Position numbers and translations under genes: made by a program
Notes under the pieces: model-generated
The model's database searches: none
Seen by the model: the letters and a program-made list of their open reading frames with translations, nothing else
Told to the model about the DNA's origin: nothing
Shown here: positions 18,635 to 28,878 of the stretch, piece after piece
How positions within the stretch are numbered: the stretch's first letter is position 1
How the letters are laid out: each line of letters begins with the position of its first letter
DNA from: Spirochaetia bacterium
GTDB lineage: Bacteria > Spirochaetota > Spirochaetia > DSM-2461
Assembly: GCA_963666985.2 (NCBI GenBank)
Contig: CAXXIA010000001.1
Span: 1,216,001-1,280,000, forward strand
DNA: 64,000 bases
Reading direction: 5' to 3'

Positions 18635-20809
18635 TCAAGTCCGGCCGGCGATTTCAGAAAACTGCAGCGTATAAAGCTTGTGATAGGTTCCTTTATTCGC
18701 CATCAATTCATCATGTGTGCCTTCTTCAATCAGCTTTCGGTGTCCCAAAACCAAAATACGATCGGCCCGGCGAATGGTGGATAACCGGTGGGCAATAATC
18801 AGAGCGGTTCGATCCTGAAGTAAAACGTCCAAACCTTCCTGTAAAAGGGATTCGGTGGCCGTATCCACATTGGCGGTGGCTTCATCCAGAATGATAATCC
18901 GCGGATTATGAGCAATAATCCGGGCGAACGCGATCAGCTGACGCTGTCCTGCCGAAAGATTGCCGGCCCCTTCCGTTATTTGTGTATCAAATCCTTCCGG
19001 AAGGGTTTGAATAAACGCCTCGGCTCGAGAAATCATGGCCGCTTCTTTTATTTTCTCAGAAGAGATATCAAGTCCAAGATCGATATTATCCGAAATGGAA
19101 CCGGAAAAAAGAAACACATCCTGCTGCACCGGCTGAACGGTTTTTCGAAGCACTTCCAAAGGCCTGTTGCGGATATCCTCTCCATCCAGGAGTATCCGGC
19201 CGCCGTCCACATCCCAAAGACGTGTAAGAAGATTGGCAATCGTGGTTTTTCCGGCACCGGTCGCACCCACGATGGCCACCGTTTCACCCGGATGAATAAC
19301 AAAGCTCAAATCGTTAAAAATACGTTCGCCCGGGACATAGGAAAACTGAACGTTTTCAAAGCGGATCTCTCCGCAGGAGAGTTCCGAATCCTCCGCTTCA
19401 GGATTTGAATCGGAACATTCTCCAACATCAGTTCCGGTATCCGGGATACGGTCAACTTCATCCATCATGTCAAAAATTCGTTCACTGCCGGCCATGGCCG
19501 ATTGAAGAATGTTGAACTTCTCCGCAATATCCCGAACAGGCTGAAAAAATTTCTGAATCAGTTCTATAAAGGCAACCAGCACACCCAAAGTTACCAATCC
19601 CTGATCCTGCAAACCGCTGGAATACCAAATCACCGCTCCTGCGATGACCGAAGAAATCATGTCGACCAACGGACGAAACACCGCCATGATTTTCATCTCA
19701 CTGATTTCGGCTCCAAGAAGAGAACGGCTTTTTTCTGAAAATTCATTTCGGCTGCGATTTTCCGCCGCGAAAAGGTGAACGGTCTGCATTCCTCCGATCC
19801 TCTCGGAAAGATAGGTATTCACCGCACTCACCCGGGTACGAACTTTTCGAAACGCTTCACGCATCCGATTTCGGAACACGATAATGAGAATAGCCGTTGG
19901 GATGAGAGAGGCCATGGAAATCAGGGCCAGTTTAACATCCAGAAGGAAAATCACCACAACCACACCAATCATCATGGCTCCGTCTTTTAAAAAGGAAGTG
20001 GCCACGTTGGTAAAAAACTCATTGATGGTTTCCACATCATTGGCTACACGGGATACCAGACTGCCGACAGGAGTTTTTCCTAAATAACGAAGAGACTGGC
20101 GCATAATATGAGAAAGGAGTCCGATACGAATATCAGCCATCACTTTCTGACCGATCCAGGAAGCCAGATAGACTTGGACAAAAGTAAAGAGAAGAACGAT
20201 TGTAAGAAGCAAAAGATATTGAAGCGAACGAAAACGTAATCCTGAAATATCACGCGAACGAATAATCCGCTTTTCTTGTGGTGTTAATTTGGCAAAATCC
20301 GGCACGGAGATCGCCAAAGGCGAATTGGTATTATCTGTTTTCCGCCCTAAAAATATCTGGTTATGCCGATTAACAACGGATGAAACCTCTGGAGAATCGT
20401 TATAAAAAACATACCATTCTTCCGGGGAAAGAAGCCCGATTGATTCCGCTTCCGCTTTTTGGGATTCATTCAAAAAGGAAAGATTGCCGGTTGGAACAAA
20501 CAGGTTTTCTCCTGTCCGAACCCCATTTCCCAAAAGATTATCCGTATTTTCCCTACCGATGAGATCGGATGTTTCCACCTGCAAAAGGGAAAGCCTGGAA
20601 TACCGTTTAAGGATATTTTCATCCAGCGTTCGCTGAACCACAACCGGTAAAAGAAGTTCGGCAACGGTAGCCACCGCCAATGCGGCAAGAGCCGAAACAG
20701 CCGCAAGCCGATAGGGAGAAAGATACCCGAGAAGGCGCTTCATCACGGCCGGTGAATACCTCCGGACCAGCTTTTCATCAAAAGAGGAATCTGTTTTACC
20801 GGGACTCAT
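18635..20809 (-). CDS. ABC exporter, fused permease/ATPase (heterodimer subunit)
   Basis: Walker A GATGAGKTT, signature LSAGQ, Walker B IIILDEAT. Long loop after TM1. Confidence 0.93.
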   Translation of the reverse strand: MSPGKTDSSFDEKLVRRYSPAVMKRLLGYLSPYRLAAVSALAALAVATVAELLLPVVVQRTLDENILKRYSRLSLLQVETSDLIGRENTDNLLGNGVRTGENLFVPTGNLSFLNESQKAEAESIGLLSPEEWYVFYNDSPEVSSVVNRHNQIFLGRKTDNTNSPLAISVPDFAKLTPQEKRIIRSRDISGLRFRSLQYLLLLTIVLLFTFVQVYLASWIGQKVMADIRIGLLSHIMRQSLRYLGKTPVGSLVSRVANDVETINEFFTNVATSFLKDGAMMIGVVVVIFLLDVKLALISMASLIPTAILIIVFRNRMREAFRKVRTRVSAVNTYLSERIGGMQTVHLFAAENRSRNEFSEKSRSLLGAEISEMKIMAVFRPLVDMISSVIAGAVIWYSSGLQDQGLVTLGVLVAFIELIQKFFQPVRDIAEKFNILQSAMAGSERIFDMMDEVDRIPDTGTDVGECSDSNPEAEDSELSCGEIRFENVQFSYVPGERIFNDLSFVIHPGETVAIVGATGAGKTTIANLLTRLWDVDGGRILLDGEDIRNRPLEVLRKTVQPVQQDVFLFSGSISDNIDLGLDISSEKIKEAAMISRAEAFIQTLPEGFDTQITEGAGNLSAGQRQLIAFARIIAHNPRIIILDEATANVDTATESLLQEGLDVLLQDRTALIIAHRLSTIRRADRILVLGHRKLIEEGTHDELMANKGTYHKLYTLQFSEIAGRT

Positions 20810-22590
20810 GACGGTTCCTCCTCGATTCTTTCAAGTGACTGCAAATCGGCAATTCTCCGGTAAAATGGGCTTTTTTTCATTAATTCATCAGGAGTTCCTT
20901 CGGCACTCACATGCCCATCCTCCAAAACGATACAGCGGCCGCAGCGGGCCATCGCTGAAATTCTGTGAGAAATCATCAATGTTGTTTTCCCCTTCCGAAC
21001 GGCGAAAAGATTCTGCAGGATTCTCTCTTCGGTATCCGCATCCACAGCTGAAAGGGCATCGTCCAGAACAAGGATTTCCGGATCGGCCAAGAGCGCCCGG
21101 GCGATGGCGATCCGTTGTTTTTGCCCCCCGGAAAGAGTCACCCCTCTCTCGCCGACAACGGTATCCAGTCCTTGAGGGAAAAAGGGTAAATCCGAACTCA
21201 AACCGGCCGCTTCCACCGCCGCATCAAGTTCTTCATCACTCGAAGATGGATTGGAAAAAAGAATATTGTCTTTGATGGTTTCAGAGAAGAGGAACACATC
21301 CTGGGGAACCATGCCCAGAGCCCGGCGAAGGGCACTTCTGGTAAAGAGCCGGATATCCTTTCCTCCGATAAATACCGAGCCTTCGGGAGGATCAAGAAGG
21401 CGGGGAATCAATTTGGCCAAGGTTGTTTTACCGCATCCGGTTGGCCCAAGAATACCAAGGGAGCCCCCTTTGAACGCCGTAAAACTCACTCCGTTCAGGA
21501 TGGGGAAGCCCTCTTTGTAAGCATAATGAACCGAACGGAATTCCAAATCGCCCGACGGCACCCTATCTTCGGCTTCGGAAAGATCAATGATATCGGGAAC
21601 CGAATCCAGAACATCGTTGATTCGGCGCATCGATGCCGCTCCTCTCTGTATCATGTTTACAACCCAGCCGGCACCCATGGCGGGCCACTGAAGCATTCCC
21701 AGATACGCCAAGGCGGCAACAAAATCTCCGGCACTCAAACGGCCGTCAATAACGCCGATACCACCGAAAGAAAGAAGCAGTAAAACGCCCAAACCGGCGA
21801 GAAAGGTCATTGCCGGAAAGATTAATCCCCAAAACCGAACCAAAGCCATGTTGGCCTGGCCGTAATGGATGTTGATTTCCGTAAAGTTGGTCAAAGACTT
21901 CTTTTCACAAGCGTAGGATTTCACCACCCGAATCCCGGACAGGGTTTCCTGAACATAATCGCTGATTCCGGCAAAACGTTCCTGAACCCTGCGGAATAAA
22001 GGCCCAATCAGCCGCCCCAGAAAAACGGCCATTATGGTAACCAAAGGAAGAGGCAGAACAATAAGAACCCCAATTCGTCCATATCTCATAAAAAGCAGAA
22101 CAAGAATAACCAAGGCCATAAAGAGTCCATCGATAAAAGCCACAAGGGCCATCCCCGCAGCCATGCGGACAGAGTTCAAATCGTTTGTTACCCGGGCCAT
22201 TAAATCACCAACTTTGTACTTTTGGAAAAACGATCCGGAAAGAGACAGCATTTTTTCATAAAGATCGGAACGGAGTCCGGCTTCAATTTTCCGGGCCGAC
22301 CCGATAATGAACATCCGCCAGCCGAAACGTCCGGCGGCAATAACCGCAGCTATGGCGGCTATGGAGAGCATTAACCTCCCGATTTCTCCGGAATTACCGC
22401 TGCCGAGAGAAATTAAATCCACGGCCTTCCCCATAATGCGGGGAATAACAATCTGGCCGCCATCGGCAATCACCAGAAAAAGAAGTCCGGCAATATAACT
22501 CCATCGATATCGTTTAACATATGGATAAATCGGCTTGAAGACAGTGAAAAAGCCCTCGTTTGGGCCGCCGTCAGATTTTTTTCGAGGCAT
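20806..22590 (-). CDS. ABC exporter, fused permease/ATPase (heterodimer subunit)
   Basis: GPTGCGKTT, LSGGQKQR, degenerate Walker B ILVLDDAL. Confidence 0.93.
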   Translation of the reverse strand: MPRKKSDGGPNEGFFTVFKPIYPYVKRYRWSYIAGLLFLVIADGGQIVIPRIMGKAVDLISLGSGNSGEIGRLMLSIAAIAAVIAAGRFGWRMFIIGSARKIEAGLRSDLYEKMLSLSGSFFQKYKVGDLMARVTNDLNSVRMAAGMALVAFIDGLFMALVILVLLFMRYGRIGVLIVLPLPLVTIMAVFLGRLIGPLFRRVQERFAGISDYVQETLSGIRVVKSYACEKKSLTNFTEINIHYGQANMALVRFWGLIFPAMTFLAGLGVLLLLSFGGIGVIDGRLSAGDFVAALAYLGMLQWPAMGAGWVVNMIQRGAASMRRINDVLDSVPDIIDLSEAEDRVPSGDLEFRSVHYAYKEGFPILNGVSFTAFKGGSLGILGPTGCGKTTLAKLIPRLLDPPEGSVFIGGKDIRLFTRSALRRALGMVPQDVFLFSETIKDNILFSNPSSSDEELDAAVEAAGLSSDLPFFPQGLDTVVGERGVTLSGGQKQRIAIARALLADPEILVLDDALSAVDADTEERILQNLFAVRKGKTTLMISHRISAMARCGRCIVLEDGHVSAEGTPDELMKKSPFYRRIADLQSLERIEEEPS

Positions 22591-22709
22591 CTAATCAATA
22601 TATGGATCAGGATATGTCAGGTAAAGAACAAGGAGCGGATATCGGCAATTCTCATTTTGGGCGTATCCCTAACGCTGATTGAGGATTATGGCCGTTTAAG
22701 GTTAATAAT

Positions 22710-23606
22710 TTACTTCGCGTTCCGAAAGAAATCGGCGACGATTGCGGCCATTTCCGGCGTGCGAAGATAACCGTATGATTTGTGAGGATTGCGCTTTCCA
22801 GCGCATATGTAATTGTTGAAAACCTTTTTATCCTGCACCCGCACGCCGCGTGAATTGGCCTCGTAGTCGTCGGCCAGAGACTGATCCATCGCCACGGCGT
22901 CTTCGGTATCCGACAGGTTGTACCAGTCTTTTCTAACGGCTTCGGGAGTTTGAGGACGGCCGGAACCCGTCTTATGTTCCTCTTGAGATTTTAAAACGGC
23001 GGCCTTGATGTTCGGCAATCCGAGCGGCGATCCTATCGTTACCAGCGTATCGGCGTGCAAATCGGACGAACAACGGTTCAGTACGTCAACGGCGACAATC
23101 GATCCCATGGAATGAGCGATAAGAAGAATCCTTTTTCTCCGGCACCGCTTCAACCGTACACGCAATCGCTCCTGAATCGCCTTTTGAACCTCTTTGCCTT
23201 CCGGCGAATAATAGGTGCCGAGGTCCGGAAAAAACGACTTGATGAATTTATCCGCGGCGGCTTCGAATTTCACTTCGTTGTTTCTGCCCAGAAAGACTTT
23301 ATCGAGGCCCTTATCGAGGGCTCGAAACATCAGACTTCTCAGTCTATTCGGCCCGGGAGTCTCTTCACCGCCTCCCGCGATATAAGGCTCCCGAAGATGC
23401 AGCGGATCATCTTCACCGCCGGGAATGTCCCGCAAAGGTTTCTCGTGCAGAATATCCGCCCAATAAACCAAGCGAAACGGTAAAAGACGGATTCGAATTC
23501 CTTCGCGTTCCAACCCTTCTCGCAGTGCTTTTTTCCACCATTTTTTAAGCAGGCGCCGCTTCAGTTTGTTTCCGAGCCCGTGAATGGCGATGATGACGGA
23601 TTTCAT
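22710..23606 (-). CDS. Alpha/beta-hydrolase fold protein
   Basis: IHGLG oxyanion motif, AHSMG nucleophile elbow, TIGSP, C-terminal NPH..YGYL. Confidence 0.75.
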   Translation of the reverse strand: MKSVIIAIHGLGNKLKRRLLKKWWKKALREGLEREGIRIRLLPFRLVYWADILHEKPLRDIPGGEDDPLHLREPYIAGGGEETPGPNRLRSLMFRALDKGLDKVFLGRNNEVKFEAAADKFIKSFFPDLGTYYSPEGKEVQKAIQERLRVRLKRCRRKRILLIAHSMGSIVAVDVLNRCSSDLHADTLVTIGSPLGLPNIKAAVLKSQEEHKTGSGRPQTPEAVRKDWYNLSDTEDAVAMDQSLADDYEANSRGVRVQDKKVFNNYICAGKRNPHKSYGYLRTPEMAAIVADFFRNAK

Positions 23607-23629
23607 AGCTGTCCTAAATTGTATCCGAC

Positions 23630-23702
23630 AGCCAAAGTGGAGATTCGAACTCCAGACCTACGCATTACGAGTGCGTTGCTCTACCAGCTGAGCTACTTTG
23701 GC
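23630..23702 (-). tRNA. tRNA-Thr(CGT)
   Basis: GCCAAAG acceptor stem, D-arm TAGCTCAGCTGGTAGAGC, anticodon arm ACGCA-CTCGTAA-TGCGT, T-loop GTTCGAAT. CCA not encoded. Upstream promoter TTGACC-16-TATAAT. Confidence 0.97.
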
Positions 23703-23789
23703 GAACGGGCTTATTATAGTCGTGACGTCATACGGGTCAATGGGGGGATTGGACTTGACTCACAATTTTTTTCCCATACTATGTGAAGA

Positions 23790-24152
23790 ATGGACAACAA
23801 GGGACAAAGGCGTTTTGAAAGAACCGATTTTCATGTCAAAGGCTTCGTGATCATCGACGGCCAGGAATGCCCGGTCAATGTAATCAACATTTCTCTCAAG
23901 GGCATCCTTGTTGAGCCGGAAAAATCCATAAATCACGAAATCAACAAGATTTACCCTCTGCGCATATCCCTCCCGCATTCGGAAATCAGCATTCAAACTG
24001 AATCAAAGCTGATTCACGACCGCGACGGCCAGTGCGGATTTCGCTTTGAATCCGTTGAAGCCGAAAGCATGATCCACCTCCGGCGCTTGCTGGAACTCAA
24101 CATCAGTTCCGATGAAGAAGTGGAAAAAGAACTGTTTTTCCTGATGGATTAA
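23790..24152 (+). CDS. PilZ domain protein (c-di-GMP receptor)
   Basis: QRRFER (RxxxR) and NISLKG (D/NxSxxG). Confidence 0.88.
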   Translation: MDNKGQRRFERTDFHVKGFVIIDGQECPVNVINISLKGILVEPEKSINHEINKIYPLRISLPHSEISIQTESKLIHDRDGQCGFRFESVEAESMIHLRRLLELNISSDEEVEKELFFLMD

Positions 24153-24235
24153 CCGGAGAGATTTGAAAAGACGAAGTTTTTTCTCTTTTTAACGGCCGCG
24201 ATAGGGAAACGGTTCCCATGATTCGGCTATATCGG

Positions 24236-24892
24236 TCAGAATTCCTGACCTTCCTGAACCTTGCGGCGGGAAGAGACGAAACGCGACAAATCATGGATGT
24301 TGGTTACATCGATATGATCCTGGTAAACCGTAACCCGCCGCTGTTCCTGAAAATGATTTAAAATATCCCGGACTCTGTCGGGACTCATTCCGGCCCAATG
24401 GCCGATATCCGCCACCGAATTATTAAACGTTCTTTTTCCCGTATCCGTTTCTTCGTCGAAGGGCTGAAGATCTTCGGCCAGCATCAGAAAGACATCGGCG
24501 ACACGCGCATGCTCGTCCGAAAGAGTCAATATATTGAAGCGGCGCTTCTGATCGTAGATTCTCTTGGCGAAGAGACCGAGTAAATTGAGAGCCATCTGAG
24601 GATTCCCGGTCATCAGCATCTCAAAGTTGTTTCTGTTGAATTCCAGCAGTTTGCAGTTGTCCAGCGCGATGATGGAAGCGCTTCTGGGAGCGTTCTCAAG
24701 CAGCGCCATTTCACCGAAAAACTCGCCGGGTTTAAGGATATCGATGGTTTTTTCGATGTTTCCGAAAATTTTTACGATTTTCACCCGTCCCGACTGTATC
24801 AGATAGAAAGTGTCGCCCGGCTCATATTCACAGAATATTATTTGTCCCGCGCTGTAGGTTTTGGCGAATCGTTCGAACATGGAGAGGTCCAT
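24236..24892 (-). CDS. Crp/Fnr family cyclic-nucleotide-binding regulator
   Basis: GEFFGEMALL..PRSAS phosphate-binding cassette plus a C-terminal HTH-like region. Confidence 0.9.
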   Translation of the reverse strand: MDLSMFERFAKTYSAGQIIFCEYEPGDTFYLIQSGRVKIVKIFGNIEKTIDILKPGEFFGEMALLENAPRSASIIALDNCKLLEFNRNNFEMLMTGNPQMALNLLGLFAKRIYDQKRRFNILTLSDEHARVADVFLMLAEDLQPFDEETDTGKRTFNNSVADIGHWAGMSPDRVRDILNHFQEQRRVTVYQDHIDVTNIHDLSRFVSSRRKVQEGQEF

Positions 24893-24894
24893 TG

Positions 24895-25863
24895 TTATAT
24901 TCCCCCTCCGCCGAGATCGTGAATTTTCTTCACCACCTGCCGGTAGAGAGATCCTCCTTCAGGAACCAATTGACCGGCCTTCCTGCAGAAACCAAGCGCT
25001 TTTTCGTCGTCTCCCATCATCTCATGACTCAATCCCATGAAAAAGACGGCTTCACCCAGATACGGATGTTTCGGATATTTCCTGATAACCATGGCCAATT
25101 GCCTGGTTGCATCCTGGTATCGTTCAATATGATACAGACAGCATCCGAGCCGGAACTCGGCGTAGGCAAGATGTTCGGGCTCGGATCCTTCTTCGATTAA
25201 GGAATGAAACCCCCGCATGGCATCTTTATATCGGCCGAGTTTGTAAAGATTATTGATTTCGAGAAAGCTCATCGCGGCATAATCGCCGCGCGGCTTTCCC
25301 GAATCAGCGACTTCTTCCGCTTCGTCAACCTGGGCGGCATCGGCTTCTCCGGCTTTCAGAGTTGCCTGCGGAGCGTAAATTCCCTTAGGCCAATGCTTCA
25401 GATACCTTTTAAACGCATATGCCGCCTGAGGATACTGCCGGTCCTTCAAATAATACTCACCCACGGCAAAAAGTCCGGCCTCCTGGCTGGTGTTGATTCT
25501 GTCGGTGGAAAGAAGACTCTGAACCTGATGATGAATACGCCTGAGCTGCGTGGAGAAAACCTGAAGCATCTTCATCAGGATTCTGGGATTTCCCGAAACC
25601 ACCTCTTCGAATTCGGCAATGGAAAAATGAATAACGGTACAATCGGTTACGGCTGTTGCGGTCTCATCGTGGGGATATCGCCCCAGCGCCGCTTTCACTC
25701 CGAAAAACTCGCCCGTTCTAATCGGTTCCCTGATTTCACTGCCGGTCTGTAAATCCTCACTGGACAACTCGACTTTGCCTTCCTTCAAAATAGGAATACC
25801 GTCGGCTTTGTCGCCCTGAAAGTAGATAATTGCGTTGGCGCGATAAAACACCGGTTTAGGCAA
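24895..25863 (-). CDS. Cyclic-nucleotide-binding domain + TPR protein
   Basis: IYFQGD..GEFFGV cNMP domain followed by TPR repeats. Probable TTG start at 25863 after a GGAG SD. Confidence 0.85.
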   Translation of the reverse strand: MPKPVFYRANAIIYFQGDKADGIPILKEGKVELSSEDLQTGSEIREPIRTGEFFGVKAALGRYPHDETATAVTDCTVIHFSIAEFEEVVSGNPRILMKMLQVFSTQLRRIHHQVQSLLSTDRINTSQEAGLFAVGEYYLKDRQYPQAAYAFKRYLKHWPKGIYAPQATLKAGEADAAQVDEAEEVADSGKPRGDYAAMSFLEINNLYKLGRYKDAMRGFHSLIEEGSEPEHLAYAEFRLGCCLYHIERYQDATRQLAMVIRKYPKHPYLGEAVFFMGLSHEMMGDDEKALGFCRKAGQLVPEGGSLYRQVVKKIHDLGGGGI

Positions 25864-25954
25864 AAAATAGCTCCCGTAAAGCCCGATAGAGAAAGAATAC
25901 GCATCGTTCCATGGCCCTGTCAACAATCGTCTTCCGACGGTATCCTATGAACCT

Positions 25955-26788
25955 ATGGTCGACCTTCATATGCATTCGGATGCCAGCGACGGGGAGTTCC
26001 CGCCCGCGGATCTTGTCGATCTTGCGGCAAGCAAAAGCATTACGGCTCTTTCCCTGACCGATCACGATACCTTGGCCGGACAGCATGAGGCGAAACGCCG
26101 CTGTAAAGAGCTTGGGATACGATTCATTGCGGGCGTGGAAACGGAAGTGGAGTTCGCACCCGGTGAATTTCATCTTTTGGGATATGGGATGAAGCTCTCC
26201 GAGGAGAGCCCTCTGGAAACATTTCTTGAAGAAATCCGCAGGCGCCGCATCGCTCGGAATGAAGAAATGATTTCGCTGATGCGGGCTCACGGTCTTTCAA
26301 TAACCCTCCGGGATCTGAACGATTTGGCCGGAGGAGAGGTTATCGGAAGAATGCACTTCGCTCAATGGCTCATCGATGCGCAAATGGCGTCCGATATTCC
26401 AAGAGCCTTTGATAAGTGGCTCGGTCCCGGAAAAGCTTTTCATGTACCGAAACAAAGACCGAAACTGGAAGAGGCCTTGAATGCGATTAAAAAAGCGGGC
26501 GGAAAAACAGTTGTGGCGCATCCCCTCTCTCTTTGGATATCATGGGGAAGAATGGCAAAATATCTGCCCGAATGGAAAGAAATGGGTCTGGACGGACTTG
26601 AGGCCCTGCATTCCGGCGCGACAAAGAGGGAAGCGGAACGTTTCACGCAATTAGCGGCCGAAACGGGTTTTTTCGTTACGGGCGGGTCCGATTTTCACGG
26701 AATGGGCCGACCCGACAGACGGCTTGGATACGGCGCCGCCGGCATAAAGCTGGATGAAAGTCTTTTACGTCCTTTCGACGATGACTAA
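25955..26788 (+). CDS. PHP domain phosphoesterase (TrpH/YciV-like)
   Basis: DLHMHS.ASDG, LTDHDT, AHP, GGSDFHG. Confidence 0.92.
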   Translation: MVDLHMHSDASDGEFPPADLVDLAASKSITALSLTDHDTLAGQHEAKRRCKELGIRFIAGVETEVEFAPGEFHLLGYGMKLSEESPLETFLEEIRRRRIARNEEMISLMRAHGLSITLRDLNDLAGGEVIGRMHFAQWLIDAQMASDIPRAFDKWLGPGKAFHVPKQRPKLEEALNAIKKAGGKTVVAHPLSLWISWGRMAKYLPEWKEMGLDGLEALHSGATKREAERFTQLAAETGFFVTGGSDFHGMGRPDRRLGYGAAGIKLDESLLRPFDDD

Positions 26789-27680
26789 AATTTCCCTCTT
26801 TTTTCCCCTATCGTTACTCCTGATTCTCAACGGCGCTTCCCTGTTCGGCGAATATCCGCTGATAGGCATGACGATTCAATCTCGAGACCCCCTCTACCGC
26901 CAGCAGCAGCAGGATGTCGAAGACTGGTACTCGGGCCGAAAGGAACCGCCTCCTTTGGCCATCTATCGCTACGTTCCCCGACCTTCGGAAGACCTTTTTT
27001 CCGTGGCGGCGGCCTTTAATCTGCCCTACGAATCATTGGCGACTCTCAACGGCTGGGATGCTCCGGGACTGATTACGGCGGGAAAGGATCTTTTGGTGCC
27101 CAATCGTCCGGGAATTTTCGTTCCGGAAAATCCGAAAAACGAATGGGAGCAAAAGCTCTCGGATACAAGATCCTCAAACGAATACCTGAAAGTGACTCTG
27201 ATTGAAGGGGCCTCAAAGAAAATCTACAAATTCTTTCCGGGGGAGAAATTCGATGCGGGAGAACGTATTCGATTCTTGGGAAGCATCTTTGCCTCTCCCC
27301 TCCCCGGATGCAGAATCACCTCTCCTTTCGGATACCGAATCGATCCCTTTACGGGGAATTTAAGTTTTCATCCGGGTATCGACCTCAGAGCCTCCATCGG
27401 AACACCCGTACTGGCGGCACGGGACGGAAAAATCTCGGAAACGGGAACATTGGAAAAATACGGGTACTTCGTTATAATCTCACATGAAGGGTCCTATGAG
27501 TCGGTGTATGCTCATCTGGATGAAATTATCGTAACGGAAGGAACCGCCGTAAATGCCGGAGAAATAATCGCACGATCCGGGAATTCCGGCATCTCGACGG
27601 GGCCTCATCTTCATTTTGAAATCCGTAAGGGCGGAATCCCGGTAGATCCGGCCGGATTGACCGCCCTAAAGGAACGGTAA
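26781..27680 (+). CDS. LysM / M23 family peptidase
   Basis: Signal peptide, LysM-like region, HPGID and STGPHLHFE. Confidence 0.9.
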   Translation: MTKISLFFPLSLLLILNGASLFGEYPLIGMTIQSRDPLYRQQQQDVEDWYSGRKEPPPLAIYRYVPRPSEDLFSVAAAFNLPYESLATLNGWDAPGLITAGKDLLVPNRPGIFVPENPKNEWEQKLSDTRSSNEYLKVTLIEGASKKIYKFFPGEKFDAGERIRFLGSIFASPLPGCRITSPFGYRIDPFTGNLSFHPGIDLRASIGTPVLAARDGKISETGTLEKYGYFVIISHEGSYESVYAHLDEIIVTEGTAVNAGEIIARSGNSGISTGPHLHFEIRKGGIPVDPAGLTALKER

Positions 27681-28702
27681 TGCGGATACGAACCGTACCG
27701 AAAAAAATTCTTTTTGTTCTCTTCCTCTTCAGCATGGCGCTGACATCTTCTTATGCTGAAAATATTCGGGGAACAGTGGCGGGCACGATTTCCGGAGGCA
27801 CGGAAAATCTGTCGTTCAAACCGGAGGAATTGGTTATTCTCGACGGGAGCGGAATCACCAATATTCAGGAAGGCGTGGAAATTCGGGTGGAAATCCCGGC
27901 GGGAATACGCAGATTCCAAAACAGCTTCGCTCTTTTCATTTACAGGGACGTGCGGCCGGTTCCGGGCCAAGATCAAACATCGTATACCGGTACACGGACG
28001 TTTATGCGGCTTTTGCCGTCAAGAGAAGCGCTCTTTCTTCGGATTCCCCTGTACCGAAAACACAGCATAACATCCGATGCTCTGACGGAAGTTCTCCCGA
28101 ATTCCGTTCCGGCGGAAAGCTTTCCCCTGATTATTACGGTGCTGCCCGTTATGAAGGGCATTCCCGATTCCGCTTTCGGCCAGCAGCTGCGTATTTCATC
28201 ATCGGCCATATGGAAAAATGAAGGGACTTTAAGCGTCAATATAACCAATCCTTCGGGCGCTCCTGATGAAGTCATAGAGATGACCGTGGACGGACGCGGT
28301 GCCGGCGTAGGTGAAAGACTGACTCTTGAAGCCGGTCTGCATAGAATCGTGGTATCAAGTACGCACGCGCCGACGGTGGAAAAAACCGTTGCCGTGGAAC
28401 CGGGACGTGACGAGAATCTCTCGATAACCCTGGATTACACCCCGCCGGAGATAACTTTGGTTATTCCCGATGAAGCCGAGGTTTATCTGGATGGAAAAAG
28501 AATCAATTCCTCGGGGAACCTGATCGTTATGAATTCCGATCCGGGAGAGCATACGGTTCGTTATGTTCTGGGAGGAATGGAAGTTTCCAAATCATTCGTC
28601 ATTCGTCCGGGCGGCAAGGTTAAAATCGATTTGATTGTTGAAATCGACATCCTCGACTTCAGTGAAGATTCGGGCAACAGATTCGGAGCCGGAGACGGTT
28701 AA
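27680..28702 (+). CDS. Secreted protein with PEGA-like C-terminal domains
   Basis: Signal peptide; AEVYLDGK..PGEHTV beta repeats. Confidence 0.65.
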   Translation: MRIRTVPKKILFVLFLFSMALTSSYAENIRGTVAGTISGGTENLSFKPEELVILDGSGITNIQEGVEIRVEIPAGIRRFQNSFALFIYRDVRPVPGQDQTSYTGTRTFMRLLPSREALFLRIPLYRKHSITSDALTEVLPNSVPAESFPLIITVLPVMKGIPDSAFGQQLRISSSAIWKNEGTLSVNITNPSGAPDEVIEMTVDGRGAGVGERLTLEAGLHRIVVSSTHAPTVEKTVAVEPGRDENLSITLDYTPPEITLVIPDEAEVYLDGKRINSSGNLIVMNSDPGEHTVRYVLGGMEVSKSFVIRPGGKVKIDLIVEIDILDFSEDSGNRFGAGDG

Positions 28703-28784
28703 GTCGGCACTTTTTTCCCAATTGCACGACCCCCGGCGGTTTCCGCCTGTTAAGTTTTTACCATATTCGTGCGATAATTGTGAT

Positions 28785-28878
28785 GTCGGTGCTTCGGGAT
28801 AGTACCCCTCCCAGTTCGCTATGCCGGAGGCCGATCCCTCACGAGGGTGGCCGGCCTTCCCTGGCCGGCCTTTTTTTT
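28785..28878 (+). ncRNA. Candidate small RNA (three hairpins ending in an intrinsic terminator)
   Basis: Extended -10 TG-C-GATAAT at 28770-28778. Long stem with C-rich loop TACCCCTCCCAGTTCG, small hairpin CCCT-CACG-AGGG, terminator GGCCGGCC-TTCCCT-GGCCGGCC-T8. Confidence 0.5.

Noticed and set aside
22710..23702. tRNA-Thr as the integration site of an island
   Set aside because: No integrase and no duplicated tRNA 3' end seen in the window.
28785..28878. SRP RNA or 6S RNA
   Set aside because: Lacks the SRP CAGG..GGAA..AGCAGC helix-8 motif and is too short for 6S.
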